Under the pieces are notes generated by a model. The model saw nothing but the letters and a program-made list of their open reading frames with translations. It was not told where the DNA came from and ran no database searches. This document shows, in pieces, positions 1 to 9,649 of a stretch of DNA of 64,000 nt; the stretch's first letter is position 1, and each line of letters begins with the position of its first letter. The translations under genes were made by a program, and so were the position numbers. Source of the stretch: an uncultured Dehalococcoidia bacterium (GTDB lineage: Bacteria; Chloroflexota; Dehalococcoidia; SZUA-161). Location of the stretch: positions 4,142 to 68,141 of the forward strand of contig CAYVQT010000004.1 of assembly GCA_964453665.1 (NCBI GenBank). The letters are read 5' to 3'.

Positions 1-1382
1 ACGACATAGCAGGAGACGGTACTACAACCGCTGTGGTACTAGCTCAAGCCATGCTGCATGAGGGCATGAAAAATGTAGCCGCGGGGGCGAATCCTATGGC
101 CCTTAAAAGGGGCATAGAAAAGGCTGTCTCTACAGCGGTTAAAGAAATCGGCAGACTATCAACTCCAGTCGCGGGGAAGGAGCAGATATCCCAGGTCGCC
201 GCAATCTCGGCGGCTGATAAGGAGATCGGAGACCTAATCGCTGATGTCATGGAAAAAGTCGGCAAGGACGGCGTTATCACAGTAGAGGAGTCCAAGGGAA
301 TAAAGTTCGAGACCGAGTATGTTGAAGGAATGCAGTTCGATCGCGGTTACGTAAGCGCTTACTTCATTACCAACGCTGATCGTATGGAGACCGTCCTCGA
401 AGACCCGTACATACTGATAACCGATAAGAAGATATCAGCAGTTTCTGATATTCTGCCCTTACTGGAGAAGCTGCTACAGGTCTCAAAGACCCTCGTTATT
501 ATCGCTGAGGATGTAGATGGTGAAGCTCTAGCCACTTTGGTAGTCAACAAGCTCAGGGGGACAATAAGCTGCCTGGCCGTTAAGGCACCTGGGTTTGGAG
601 ACAGGCGCAAGGCTATGCTTGAAGATATTGCCATACTCACCGGCGGAACCGTGATTAGTGAGGAGGTAGGCAGAAAGCTTGATTCAGCTACTATAGAAGA
701 CCTGGGTCGTGCCCGAAAGGTGACCTCGAACAAAGACGATACCGTAATCATTGAGGGCAAGGGCTCTGACGATCAGATCCAGGGTCGAATTAAGCAAATC
801 AAGGCTCAAGTTGATGAGACTACCTCAGACTTCGACCGTGAGAAGCTCCAGGAGAGATTAGCTCGACTGGCGGGCGGGGTAGCAGTTATCAAAGTCGGCG
901 CAGCTACAGAGGTCGAACTCAAGGAGAAGAAGCACAGGGTGGAGGATGCTCTTTCCGCAACCAGGGCTGCCGTGGAAGAGGGAATAGTCCCCGGCGGCGG
1001 CAGCGCTCTGCTGAGTATCATACCCGCCCTAGAGAAGATCAAGGCAGCCGGCGACGAAGCAACGGGCGTTAAAATCGTTAAATTAGCTCTTGAAGAGCCA
1101 CTGCGCCAGATTGCGTCAAACGCAGGCAAAGAGGGCTCCGTGGCAGTGGACTTCGTCAAGAAGAGCAAAAAGTTAATCGGATATGATGCCGAGAAGGATG
1201 AATATGGCGACTTAGTGCAGCGCGGGATCATTGACCCTGCCAAAGTTACGCGTGCAGGTTTAGAGAACGCCGCCAGTATCGCTGCAATGGTTCTGACAAC
1301 AGAGGCGCTGATTACTGATATCCCTGAGAAAGAGAAGATGCCTCCAATGCCGCCCGGTGGTGGGATGGAGGGAATGTACTAA
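1..1382 (+). CDS. groEL: Chaperonin GroEL (60 kDa), 5' end cut by the window edge
   Basis: The reading frame is already open at base 3 ([17 protein letters not shown]...). GroEL-typical sequence runs throughout, with a C-terminal [10 protein letters not shown] Gly-Met tail and a stop at 1380-1382. Confidence 0.97.
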   Translation, partial: DIAGDGTTTAVVLAQAMLHEGMKNVAAGANPMALKRGIEKAVSTAVKEIGRLSTPVAGKEQISQVAAISAADKEIGDLIADVMEKVGKDGVITVEESKGIKFETEYVEGMQFDRGYVSAYFITNADRMETVLEDPYILITDKKISAVSDILPLLEKLLQVSKTLVIIAEDVDGEALATLVVNKLRGTISCLAVKAPGFGDRRKAMLEDIAILTGGTVISEEVGRKLDSATIEDLGRARKVTSNKDDTVIIEGKGSDDQIQGRIKQIKAQVDETTSDFDREKLQERLARLAGGVAVIKVGAATEVELKEKKHRVEDALSATRAAVEEGIVPGGGSALLSIIPALEKIKAAGDEATGVKIVKLALEEPLRQIASNAGKEGSVAVDFVKKSKKLIGYDAEKDEYGDLVQRGIIDPAKVTRAGLENAASIAAMVLTTEALITDIPEKEKMPPMPPGGGMEGMY

Positions 1383-1418
1383 GGCAAAATTAGATACGAT
1401 TGAGTCCAGTCTATAAGT

Positions 1419-1456
1419 GTGCAGCTGCGGCTTTTACCGCAGCTGCACCTTTTTTT
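1419..1456 (+). terminator. Rho-independent terminator of groEL
   Basis: Perfect 12-bp stem GTGCAGCTGCGG / CCGCAGCTGCAC with loop CTTTTA, followed by a run of 7 T (1450-1456), 37 nt after the groEL stop. Confidence 0.85.
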
Positions 1457-1502
1457 AAATGCAAATCCATTGTACAATGAGGACTGCCATAAAGGGGGTC
1501 AG

Positions 1503-3701
1503 TTGGAACAGCGCGTTCTTAAAGATGATGAACTCGTGTTTGTCTGCGACGAGCTGGGTGATATACCTGAGGGAAGACGTCGCCTCGGCCTTTATTACCG
1601 CGATACCCGTTACCTATCCACCTTTGAATTGACTATCAATGGACACAGGCTGCGACATCTGTCTTCATCATGCCAGAGGGGTTGTATCTGCGAGTCACAA
1701 CTGGCCAATCCCACCATTAACGCCAGGGACGATACAACTATACTCGCACGTACAATCGGTATTCAACGGACACGCTTCCTGAGCAAAGCATTTAATGAGC
1801 GCATCACCTTGTACAACTACAACCAGTTCCCTGCGTGTATAGACCTTACCTTATACTTAGGCAGTGATTTCTCTGACATCTTTGAGGTAAGGGGTTTTCA
1901 GAGAGAGAAGGCAGGTATTGTTTCCGAACCTCGATTCCAAGATTCTAAGCTGACCCTTGAGTATACCGGGCTGGATGGAATAAAGCGCAGCACGGAATTT
2001 ACCTTTGACATATCCCCCTCAAAGGTGGATATAGAAAAGGATACTCGTCTATTGATGCAGAGACCAAGCACCTTTTTGCCAGAGTCCACTGATATTATCA
2101 GCAGCACAATGGTGCGTCCCCCGAGTGCCAGGGCAATCTGGAACTTGACCATTGAACCAATGAAGTCAATGTCCTTGACCTTCAGTATCTTACCTATTGA
2201 AGACCAGTCCCAAGCTGAAGTTACCTCATTCGATTACGGGCTCTCGTGCTCATGCTGCCGTTTTGAGGATTGGCATGACGAATGTACTAAGATCGAGACC
2301 GATAATGAGTTATTCAACCAACTCCTGCAGCGTAGCATCGTCGATCTTAGGCTGCTCCTGGAGCAGACTACCGATGGTCTGGTTCCAGATGCCGGTATAC
2401 CCTGGTTCTGCTGTATATCTGGGCCTAATAGTTTGATCACCTCACTACAGATTCTAATGCTTAACCCCCAAGTGGCAGTCAACACTCTGCGCTATCTGGC
2501 AAGACACCGGGGCACCAAAGTAAACCCATGGCGAGATGAGGAGCCGGGCAAGATTGTCCATGAGATGCGTAAGGGAGAGATGGCAAGGACAGAAGAGATA
2601 CCCCATACTGCCTATTATGGAAGTATTGACGCAACCCCCCTATTCCTGATTCTTTTTACCGAGGCTATGAAGTGGCTTGATGACGACAATCTATTTCAGG
2701 AGATACTCCCCGCAGCGAAGCTCGCCTTGGAGTGGATGCAGCGTTATGGGGACCTCGATGGAGATGGCTATCTGGAGTATCTCAGCCGCTCAACAGGAGG
2801 AATTCAGGAGCAAGGCTGGAAGGATAGCCGGGGATTAATATCCTATCCTGATGGGACTCCGGTTTCATCCCCCATAGCGCTGGCTGAGGTTCAAGGATAC
2901 GCCTACATGGCCATGAAGGAGATGGCGTCTTTATTAGAAATGAAAGGGGAATCCAAGCTCGCTCGTGAGTTAGACCTTAAAGCAAAAACACTGAAGGACA
3001 ACTTCAACCGGGACTTCTGGCTGGAAGAGCAACTCTATTTTGCTCAAGCCCTCGATTCTAATAAAGAACCGGTTAAGAACGTTACCTCAAGCATTGGCCA
3101 CTGCCTTTTTTGCGATATTATAGATGAGGAAAAGGCAAATTATGTTGTTAATCGGCTTACCAGTTCTGATATGACTTCGGGGTGGGGTATTCGAACCCTG
3201 AGCAGCAGGGCCCCAAGATATAACCCTATGAGCTACCGCCAGGGTAGTATATGGCCGCATGACAACGCATTCATTGTCGCAGGTATGCAACGCTACGGTT
3301 ACCATTGGGAGGTCGAGGAGACAACGTCACAGGTCTTCGAAGCGGGTGCGTTCTTTACCTACAACCGCCTGCCTGAGCTATTTGGAGGATTCCATCGCAA
3401 CAGGGAGGCATACTCTGTACCTGCAGAATACCCCGCCAGTTGTAGTCCACAAGCCTGGGCAGCAGGCAGTATTTTCTTGCTCTTTCAGTCTATGCTTGGC
3501 CTTCAAGTAGATGCCGTTGCTAAACGGGTCTATCTGAGCCCCAGGCTGCCCGGTTGGCTTCGGTACGCATCAGTGCAAAATCTGCGCGTAGGAAGAAAGA
3601 CAGTAAGTCTTTATTTTGAGCGTCAAATGCCAGATGAGGAAACACGATTCGAGATAAGCGACAACGATGCCGGAGTCGAGGTTGTAATTCCGCCGCGCTG
3701 A
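1503..3701 (+). CDS. Amylo-alpha-1,6-glucosidase / glycogen-debranching-enzyme family protein (GDE_N + GDE_C type)
   Basis: 732-aa frame with an N-terminal LGLYYRDTRYLS region and a C-terminal six-hairpin glycosidase-like region (EQGWKDS, GSIWPHDNA). I chose the in-frame TTG at 1503 after the AAAGGGGG RBS, because the track start at 1419 lies inside the groEL terminator. The start is uncertain. Confidence 0.8.
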   Translation: MEQRVLKDDELVFVCDELGDIPEGRRRLGLYYRDTRYLSTFELTINGHRLRHLSSSCQRGCICESQLANPTINARDDTTILARTIGIQRTRFLSKAFNERITLYNYNQFPACIDLTLYLGSDFSDIFEVRGFQREKAGIVSEPRFQDSKLTLEYTGLDGIKRSTEFTFDISPSKVDIEKDTRLLMQRPSTFLPESTDIISSTMVRPPSARAIWNLTIEPMKSMSLTFSILPIEDQSQAEVTSFDYGLSCSCCRFEDWHDECTKIETDNELFNQLLQRSIVDLRLLLEQTTDGLVPDAGIPWFCCISGPNSLITSLQILMLNPQVAVNTLRYLARHRGTKVNPWRDEEPGKIVHEMRKGEMARTEEIPHTAYYGSIDATPLFLILFTEAMKWLDDDNLFQEILPAAKLALEWMQRYGDLDGDGYLEYLSRSTGGIQEQGWKDSRGLISYPDGTPVSSPIALAEVQGYAYMAMKEMASLLEMKGESKLARELDLKAKTLKDNFNRDFWLEEQLYFAQALDSNKEPVKNVTSSIGHCLFCDIIDEEKANYVVNRLTSSDMTSGWGIRTLSSRAPRYNPMSYRQGSIWPHDNAFIVAGMQRYGYHWEVEETTSQVFEAGAFFTYNRLPELFGGFHRNREAYSVPAEYPASCSPQAWAAGSIFLLFQSMLGLQVDAVAKRVYLSPRLPGWLRYASVQNLRVGRKTVSLYFERQMPDEETRFEISDNDAGVEVVIPPR

Positions 3702-3746
3702 GTTCGGCGAACAACCGCCCAACTAACAACTACCTGGCCACTATCT

Positions 3747-5012
3747 TTAGAGCTTAAGCAACTTTTGCAGACGCCCTTCTTTGAAAGAAGGCCCAACCAG
3801 AGCCATACTAAGCTTCTCAGTCAGGAACAATTTTTTTGCCAGCTGCTGTAAGTCGCTGGCAGTTATAGCATCCAGTATCGAAACCACTTCGTCCACTGTG
3901 CGTATATGTCCCAGAAGTAGCTCCTGTCCACCTGTCCAGCCGGCTACGCTACGCGTATCTTCCATGCGCAGCATTAGCCGTCCTTTCCCCAGCTCCTTAG
4001 CTTTAACTATTTCAGCCTCTGAAACCCGGTTATCTCTAAGCTTCACTAACTCCAGCAGAATAGCTTCGACGACTTCTTCAACCCTGCTGGGGTCTACACC
4101 CGCGCAGATATTTACGGAGCCCGAATCATGGAAATGGCTGACATGGCTATTAACCTCATAAGCCAGTCCACGCCGCTCACGGATTTCCAGGAAGAGGCGG
4201 CTGCTCATCCCCTCACCCAGTATCAAGTTCAGTAGATCGAGTGTAAACCGGTCGGGATGTGAGTGAGCTATTCCTCTTACTGCCAGGCACACGTGAGTTT
4301 GCTCCGTCTTTCTTCTCTCGGCCACAAAACGAGACTCATCCTGCCCGTTATCCGCAGGAAACCAATTACCGGGGGTTCCATCTGTCCAATCACCGAGAAC
4401 TTCCGCAACTGAGTCGACCACTTCCCGGTGGTTGATGTCTCCAGCTACCCCGACCACCGTATTACTGGAGAGATAGGTGTTAGGCAAGTAATCCAGCATC
4501 ATGTTACGATCAATAGCGGTTACAGTTTCCTTACTCCCGGCAATGTCGCGCCCCAGAGCTTGCGCCGGCCACATTACTTCATCAATCAGCATATCAACAC
4601 GGTTCTGTGGGGAATCCATGCACATATTCAGCTCTTCAATAATTACCTTTCGCTCGTTTTCTATATCAACGGGGTCGTACTTCGAGTTTCTGAGCATGTC
4701 AACAAGCAAGTCCAAAGCCAGCAGGAAATGCGGCCGTGCAACCTTGGCCCAGTATACTGTCAATTCCTTATCTGTCCCGCCGTTCAGTACACCACCGATA
4801 CCGTCTATTGTCTCCGAAACCTCCTTGCCAGTAGGACGTCGCTCCGTTCCTTTAAAGCAAAGGTGCTCTATAAAGTGAGATAGGCCAGCTTGCTGCGGCG
4901 TCTCGTACCTTGACCCGGCCCCGATAAAGATACAAATACACACAGAGCGTGTATTAGGCATATCGCTAGACACTACCCTAAGGCCATTACCTAGAACTGT
5001 CCTTTGATACAT
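3747..5012 (-). CDS. M16-family zinc peptidase (insulinase-like)
   Basis: Inverted zinc motif HFIEH in GLSHFIEHLCFKGT, 421 aa, typical two-domain M16 length. Confidence 0.88.
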   Translation of the reverse strand: MYQRTVLGNGLRVVSSDMPNTRSVCICIFIGAGSRYETPQQAGLSHFIEHLCFKGTERRPTGKEVSETIDGIGGVLNGGTDKELTVYWAKVARPHFLLALDLLVDMLRNSKYDPVDIENERKVIIEELNMCMDSPQNRVDMLIDEVMWPAQALGRDIAGSKETVTAIDRNMMLDYLPNTYLSSNTVVGVAGDINHREVVDSVAEVLGDWTDGTPGNWFPADNGQDESRFVAERRKTEQTHVCLAVRGIAHSHPDRFTLDLLNLILGEGMSSRLFLEIRERRGLAYEVNSHVSHFHDSGSVNICAGVDPSRVEEVVEAILLELVKLRDNRVSEAEIVKAKELGKGRLMLRMEDTRSVAGWTGGQELLLGHIRTVDEVVSILDAITASDLQQLAKKLFLTEKLSMALVGPSFKEGRLQKLLKL

Positions 5013-5128
5013 AGTTTTTACTCCTAAATAATGAAAGGGGCTCTACGCCCCACTGTCAAAATTCTAACTGGGTTAGGATGTTCTGTCAAACCACCCAACG
5101 ACTTAATGGAATCTCATGAAGAGTTGAT

Positions 5129-6298
5129 TTATCTTGTCATTGAACGAATAGCCTTGCCCAGGGCCTTATGTTTCAGAACTCTCAGTATAGAGCTCCCGTG
5201 CCAATCGAAAGAGAAATCAGGAGACTGGAGTAACTCCTCGTGAATGTTATTAGATATGATAAGGTCGAATATACGATCGATTTGATTATCGCTTAAATTC
5301 TCATATAGCTTTCGTCCCCAGTAGCCTATTTGAAGCTCTTTGGCAAGCATTTTTCTCCACCGGCGTTCATATCGAGCTATCCTTTTCGCTGACAGGTCAT
5401 CTGAGCGTAATGCCTCATGGATAGTATCAGCAGCGATATCGGCACACAGTAACCCGTAATATATTCCACCGCCTGTTGTTGGCTTAACATGCCCGGCCGC
5501 ATCCCCTATAACAACCGTTCTCTCAGCATAGGTCTTACGCAATGGCATCAAGGGAATAACACCGTAAGTGAAATCCGTTTCGACGCAATCTATCTTACCC
5601 TGAGCGTTAAGCGTCGTAATCAACTTCTTTAAATACGCTCCCGCGTTGCGCCGTGTAAGTAGTCCCACCAGCGCCTTCCCTTCTGAAGTAGGGACAAGCC
5701 AGGCAAAAAATCCCGGCGCTATACTTTGGCCGAAATAGACCTCGACTTCGCCCACGGTATCAGTAGGCACTTCTGTCTGCGCCCCGGCAACGTAGTCATC
5801 GATTTTCCCCAGCCCAAGTGCTTTAGTGAGAGAGCCGCCAAAACCATTGCAGATTGCCACCACTTTGCTGTCGAAATCTGTCATTGTTCCAGCATGCTCG
5901 ACGCTTAACCTGACACAACGATTAACTATTTCGATATTGTCCACCCTGGCAGACAAACGGTATTCAGCACCTTCATCCTGTGCTCTCTGTGCCAGCGCGT
6001 TATCGAAAGCAGTGCGATCGACTATATAGGCCTGTACTGTTTCTTTGTGCAGGTTGAGCACCTTTCCTGACGGTGAAAATAAGCTGGCCGAAGTCGTCTC
6101 GGCTAATACAGCATTGAGTGCAACGGGGAATTTATCAAAGCATTCTTTACCTACAATACCCGTGCAGCAAACCGAACTGCCTATCTCCGGCTGTCGCTCG
6201 AAAACAATCACCTGATTTCCAAGCTTAGCCAGCTTATAAGCGAAGTAGCTGCCAGCGGGCCCTGCTCCTACTACCACTGCGTCATATAACTCGGCCAA
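5129..6298 (-). CDS. FAD-dependent geranylgeranyl reductase family oxidoreductase
   Basis: N-terminal dinucleotide fold YDAVVVGAGPAGSYFAYKLA, an internal GDAAGHVKPTTGGGIY motif, 389 aa, TTG start. Confidence 0.78.
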   Translation of the reverse strand: MAELYDAVVVGAGPAGSYFAYKLAKLGNQVIVFERQPEIGSSVCCTGIVGKECFDKFPVALNAVLAETTSASLFSPSGKVLNLHKETVQAYIVDRTAFDNALAQRAQDEGAEYRLSARVDNIEIVNRCVRLSVEHAGTMTDFDSKVVAICNGFGGSLTKALGLGKIDDYVAGAQTEVPTDTVGEVEVYFGQSIAPGFFAWLVPTSEGKALVGLLTRRNAGAYLKKLITTLNAQGKIDCVETDFTYGVIPLMPLRKTYAERTVVIGDAAGHVKPTTGGGIYYGLLCADIAADTIHEALRSDDLSAKRIARYERRWRKMLAKELQIGYWGRKLYENLSDNQIDRIFDLIISNNIHEELLQSPDFSFDWHGSSILRVLKHKALGKAIRSMTR

Positions 6299-6386
6299 CT
6301 TCTGATAATCCTCCTACGTTCAGGCGCATATCCAGGTTAATGCTAACATCAAATAGCACACCACTCAAGGGGAAGTAGCCCAGGGC

Positions 6387-6415
6387 TTGCCTTCCTTGAA
6401 TGCGCTGGTTATACT
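6387..6415 (+). promoter_or_regulatory. Putative sigma-70 promoter of ilvE
   Basis: TTGCCT, 17-nt spacer, TATACT, about 30 nt upstream of the ilvE start. Confidence 0.4.
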
Positions 6416-6444
6416 TAGCAGAAGTTACAAGAGGGAGCTGAATA

Positions 6445-7377
6445 ATGCCGTCATACGCTTTTTTTCAGAAAAAATTCGTTCCCCTTTCGGAAGCTAAGAT
6501 AGGTGTCATGACCCATGCCCTCCATTATGGCACTGCTTGCTTCGAAGGGATTCGCGGCAACTGGAATTCTGATGACAACCAGCTTTATATATTCCGTTGT
6601 AAAGAGCACTACAAAAGGTTGCTCAACAGTTGTAAGCTTTTAAAAATCAGCCTTCCATATACCATTGATGAGCTCTGTCAATTGACGATAGACCTGGTTC
6701 AGAAATCAGAGTATCGAGAGGATGTCTACATACGGCCTCTGGCATACAAGAGTTCGGAGGTCTTCGGGGTCAGACTGCATGACCTTGAAGACGACTTTCT
6801 TATAATCGTCACGACATTCGGGCCTTACCTTGACATTACCAAAGGCATTAGATGTTCAACTTCGCCCTGGATAAGGATAGACGACAATATGATACCGCCC
6901 CGGGGCAAGATTTCGGGAATTTATGTAAACAATGCTTTTGCCAAAACCAATGCCATAGAAAACGGGTATGCCGAGGCTATAATGCTCACTTCGGATGGTT
7001 ATGTTTCCGAAGGCAGCGGAGAGAATATCTTTCTGGTGATTGACGGGCAACTGGTTACCCCTGCCTGCTATGACAGAATCCTTATAGGGATCACCCGGAA
7101 TACCGTTATGGAACTCGCGAAGAAAGAGTTGGGCATAGCCACCATAGAGAGGCATATTGACCGCAGCGAAATGTATCTGGCCGATGAGTGCTTTCTAACT
7201 GGTACAGCAGCCCACATAACCCCGGTGGTAGAGGTCGACCACCGCAAGATAGGGGAAGGCACCATTGGAAGCTTAACGAAAAAGCTACAGAAGCTATATT
7301 TCGATATCGAGTGCGGAAAGAACAAGAAATATCTCCACTGGTGTACGCCAGTCTATTCAGACAAAGGTAATTCCTGA
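6445..7377 (+). CDS. ilvE: Branched-chain amino acid aminotransferase (fold-type IV PLP enzyme)
   Basis: 310 aa. HALHYGTACFEGIRG near the N-terminus and EGSGENIFLV plus GITRNTV motifs typical of IlvE. Confidence 0.9.
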   Translation: MPSYAFFQKKFVPLSEAKIGVMTHALHYGTACFEGIRGNWNSDDNQLYIFRCKEHYKRLLNSCKLLKISLPYTIDELCQLTIDLVQKSEYREDVYIRPLAYKSSEVFGVRLHDLEDDFLIIVTTFGPYLDITKGIRCSTSPWIRIDDNMIPPRGKISGIYVNNAFAKTNAIENGYAEAIMLTSDGYVSEGSGENIFLVIDGQLVTPACYDRILIGITRNTVMELAKKELGIATIERHIDRSEMYLADECFLTGTAAHITPVVEVDHRKIGEGTIGSLTKKLQKLYFDIECGKNKKYLHWCTPVYSDKGNS

Positions 7378-7472
7378 AAATTTCGAATATCACAGCGCAG
7401 CATTATTGCCATCGTCTGTAAGAAATGCCTGCCAGTCCCGAATGATTGGGGATCTGCCTTAGGAATTCACGA

Positions 7473-8600
7473 ATGGGATCTCAGATTGCGTCAACCGTTG
7501 AACTCTCACTGATTGCGCCCACCTACAACGAGAAGGAAAACATAGTTCCTCTGGTAGAGAGAGTCCACAAAGCACTCTCTCAATATAACTATGAGCTAAT
7601 CATAGTCGACGACGACAGCCCGGACGGGACCGCAGAGCATGCTGACAGCCTCACCGCAAGATACCCTCTCAAGGTAATTGTGCGCAAGAACGAGCGTGGT
7701 CTGGCTTCAGCAGTTGTCGCTGGCTTCGACCAGGCTCGCGGACAGGTTTTAGGGGCCATAGATGCCGATTTGCAGCACCCTCCTGAAGCTATACCCGCCC
7801 TTCTGGACGCAATAAGAGGGGGGGCAGATGTAGCCATCGGGAGCCGTTATGTTGAAGGTGGCGGTATCGAGGGCTGGAGCACAAAGAGAGAGATTATTTC
7901 CATCGGGGCCAAAACTATAGCACGGATACTCCTGGCCTCGGTCAGGAAAATCAATGACCCCCTCGCCGGCTTTTTCCTGTTCAGGAGAGAGGTCATAGAA
8001 GGTACAGTGCTTACTCCCACCGGATACAAAATACTGCTGGAGGTGCTGGTAAGAGGAAGCGCCAAACAGGTGGTAGAAGTACCTTATATATTTAAAGAGA
8101 GGGAAAGAGGAAAAAGCAATCTCACCATGAAAGAGCAGCTAAATTTCCTCAAACATATTTCCCGTTTGGCGTGGTTTGAAGGCGAGATAAAACGTTTTAT
8201 TAAATTCTGCATAGTGGGAGCTAGCGGATTCTGCGTTAATTTAGGGCTGCTGGCTCTTTTTGTTGAAGTCGTTCATATGCATAAAGTCTGGGCTCAAATA
8301 CCAAGTTACCAGATCTCCATACTGACTAATTTTGCGTTTAATGAATTCTGGACATTCAGCGATCGCCGAACTCCAGGTCTGAAATCATTTCTGATACGAG
8401 CAATTAAATTCAACCTAATCAGCCAGGTTGGCTGGGGCATAAATATCAGCGTGTATTACCTTGCTTTGAATATCGCCGGAATATACTACATCGTTTCCCA
8501 GATAATAGCGATAGCGGTTGCCACACTGTGGAATTTCTTCTCTAATGTAATATGGACATGGAGAAAAAGGCCGGGTGAAGCTCTGGCTGATGGAAACTGA
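7473..8600 (+). CDS. GT2 polyprenol-phosphate glycosyltransferase (Dpm1/PpmS-like) fused to a C-terminal GtrA-like membrane domain
   Basis: LSLIAPTYNEKENI, IIVDDDSPDGT and DADLQHPP GT2 motifs, followed by about 130 aa with 4 TM segments (FCIVGASGFCVNL...NFAFNEFWTF) typical of GtrA. ATG at 7473 preferred over TTG at 7446. Confidence 0.85.
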   Translation: MGSQIASTVELSLIAPTYNEKENIVPLVERVHKALSQYNYELIIVDDDSPDGTAEHADSLTARYPLKVIVRKNERGLASAVVAGFDQARGQVLGAIDADLQHPPEAIPALLDAIRGGADVAIGSRYVEGGGIEGWSTKREIISIGAKTIARILLASVRKINDPLAGFFLFRREVIEGTVLTPTGYKILLEVLVRGSAKQVVEVPYIFKERERGKSNLTMKEQLNFLKHISRLAWFEGEIKRFIKFCIVGASGFCVNLGLLALFVEVVHMHKVWAQIPSYQISILTNFAFNEFWTFSDRRTPGLKSFLIRAIKFNLISQVGWGINISVYYLALNIAGIYYIVSQIIAIAVATLWNFFSNVIWTWRKRPGEALADGN

Positions 8601-8618
8601 AATAGGAGCAATAGTGAC

Positions 8619-9032
8619 ATGGCTTTAGATTATTTCGTGCTGGTCTTTATAGCTGCTATAGGCGTCTACCAGATAGCTTCAATACCCGCCGGTCTCAGGG
8701 GGCTGTGGTTCTTCAGGCAACACAAAGTTCAGTATTTCTTCGGCATCCTGGCAATTCTGGGCGTTTTCGGATGGTTCTATACCAGTGAGGAACGAAATAT
8801 CCAGCACACAGTGGAGGGGGCCCAACAGCTATGGTTGTTCCTCGGCGCAATCGTTTTTGCGTATTTCATAAACGCCATCCTGGCATCAGTCATCCAGGCC
8901 GCCGTCAGTAAGCGTGGTGACAGCCCTATCAGGGGAAAGCAACAGGACCGGGGAATGGAGACGTTAAAGACTATGACTCTATTAGATGGCATCCTCAGCA
9001 GTTGGAGAAAGAAAAAGGGGATTGAGGATTGA
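8619..9032 (+). CDS. Hypothetical small membrane protein (3 predicted TM segments)
   Basis: 137-aa ORF with hydrophobic stretches and a basic C-terminus. Its stop overlaps the next start (TGATG). No family recognised. Confidence 0.6.
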   Translation: MALDYFVLVFIAAIGVYQIASIPAGLRGLWFFRQHKVQYFFGILAILGVFGWFYTSEERNIQHTVEGAQQLWLFLGAIVFAYFINAILASVIQAAVSKRGDSPIRGKQQDRGMETLKTMTLLDGILSSWRKKKGIED

Positions 9033-9643
9033 TGCCGCCGCTCTCCGGATGGACTTTGTGGATAACGGGATTCGTGGGCAAAGCGCCCGCCCTGGATCAC
9101 GTGATGGGATTTCTGGCCAATGATTTCTTCGTTCCCGTTGCCATAGCGCTTATCATGCTGGGCCTCTGGATAGGGCACCCTGACCTAACCCGAAGAGGGC
9201 AGCTCCAGAAAGCCATTATGAACGCCTCCGTTGCCATTGGAATATCCACACTGGTCGTACGTACCCTGAACGTGTTTGATTTTTGGCCCCGGCCTTTTCT
9301 TGTTGATGACATTGTTATTCGCGAGAGTGCTACGTACGCTGCTCAAACCGTCTTCTATCTGCCCCACGACCCTTCCTTTCCCAGCAACGCAGCTACAATA
9401 TCGTTCGCTGCCGCTACCGGCATCTGGTTCAGTCATCGTACAGCAGGCGCTGTTCTTTACTTCATCGCCTTCCTCTGGGTTTTCGCACGATTCTATGCCG
9501 GTATACACTTCGCTGTAGACCTCGCCGGTGGTGTCATGATAGGTATCGTCACAAGCACCATGATTTCCAAGGTATTTATGCCCAGAACCGAGCCCGTACC
9601 AACATGGGCTCTCAAGTTAGGAAGGTTCTTGTACTTGGCGTGA
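9032..9643 (+). CDS. PAP2-family (type 2 phosphatidic acid / polyprenyl-diphosphate) phosphatase
   Basis: PAP2 signature pieces PSFPSNAAT and FARFYAGIHFAVD, polytopic membrane protein, translationally coupled to the upstream ORF. Confidence 0.8.
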   Translation: MPPLSGWTLWITGFVGKAPALDHVMGFLANDFFVPVAIALIMLGLWIGHPDLTRRGQLQKAIMNASVAIGISTLVVRTLNVFDFWPRPFLVDDIVIRESATYAAQTVFYLPHDPSFPSNAATISFAAATGIWFSHRTAGAVLYFIAFLWVFARFYAGIHFAVDLAGGVMIGIVTSTMISKVFMPRTEPVPTWALKLGRFLYLA

Positions 9644-9649
9644 CGGTGG

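Noticed and set aside
1419-1502. First 28 codons of the 760-aa track ORF (MQLRLLPQLHLFLNA...).
   Set aside because: The GTG at 1419 is the first base of the groEL terminator stem, and the peptide is simply the translated hairpin plus T-run. An in-frame TTG at 1503 with an AAAGGGGG RBS is a more plausible start.
3180-3200. tRNA T-arm-like string GGTATTCGAACCC.
   Set aside because: It is embedded in the GDE-family CDS (GWGIRTLS), with no acceptor or anticodon arms around it. No tRNA-like cloverleaf was found anywhere in the window.
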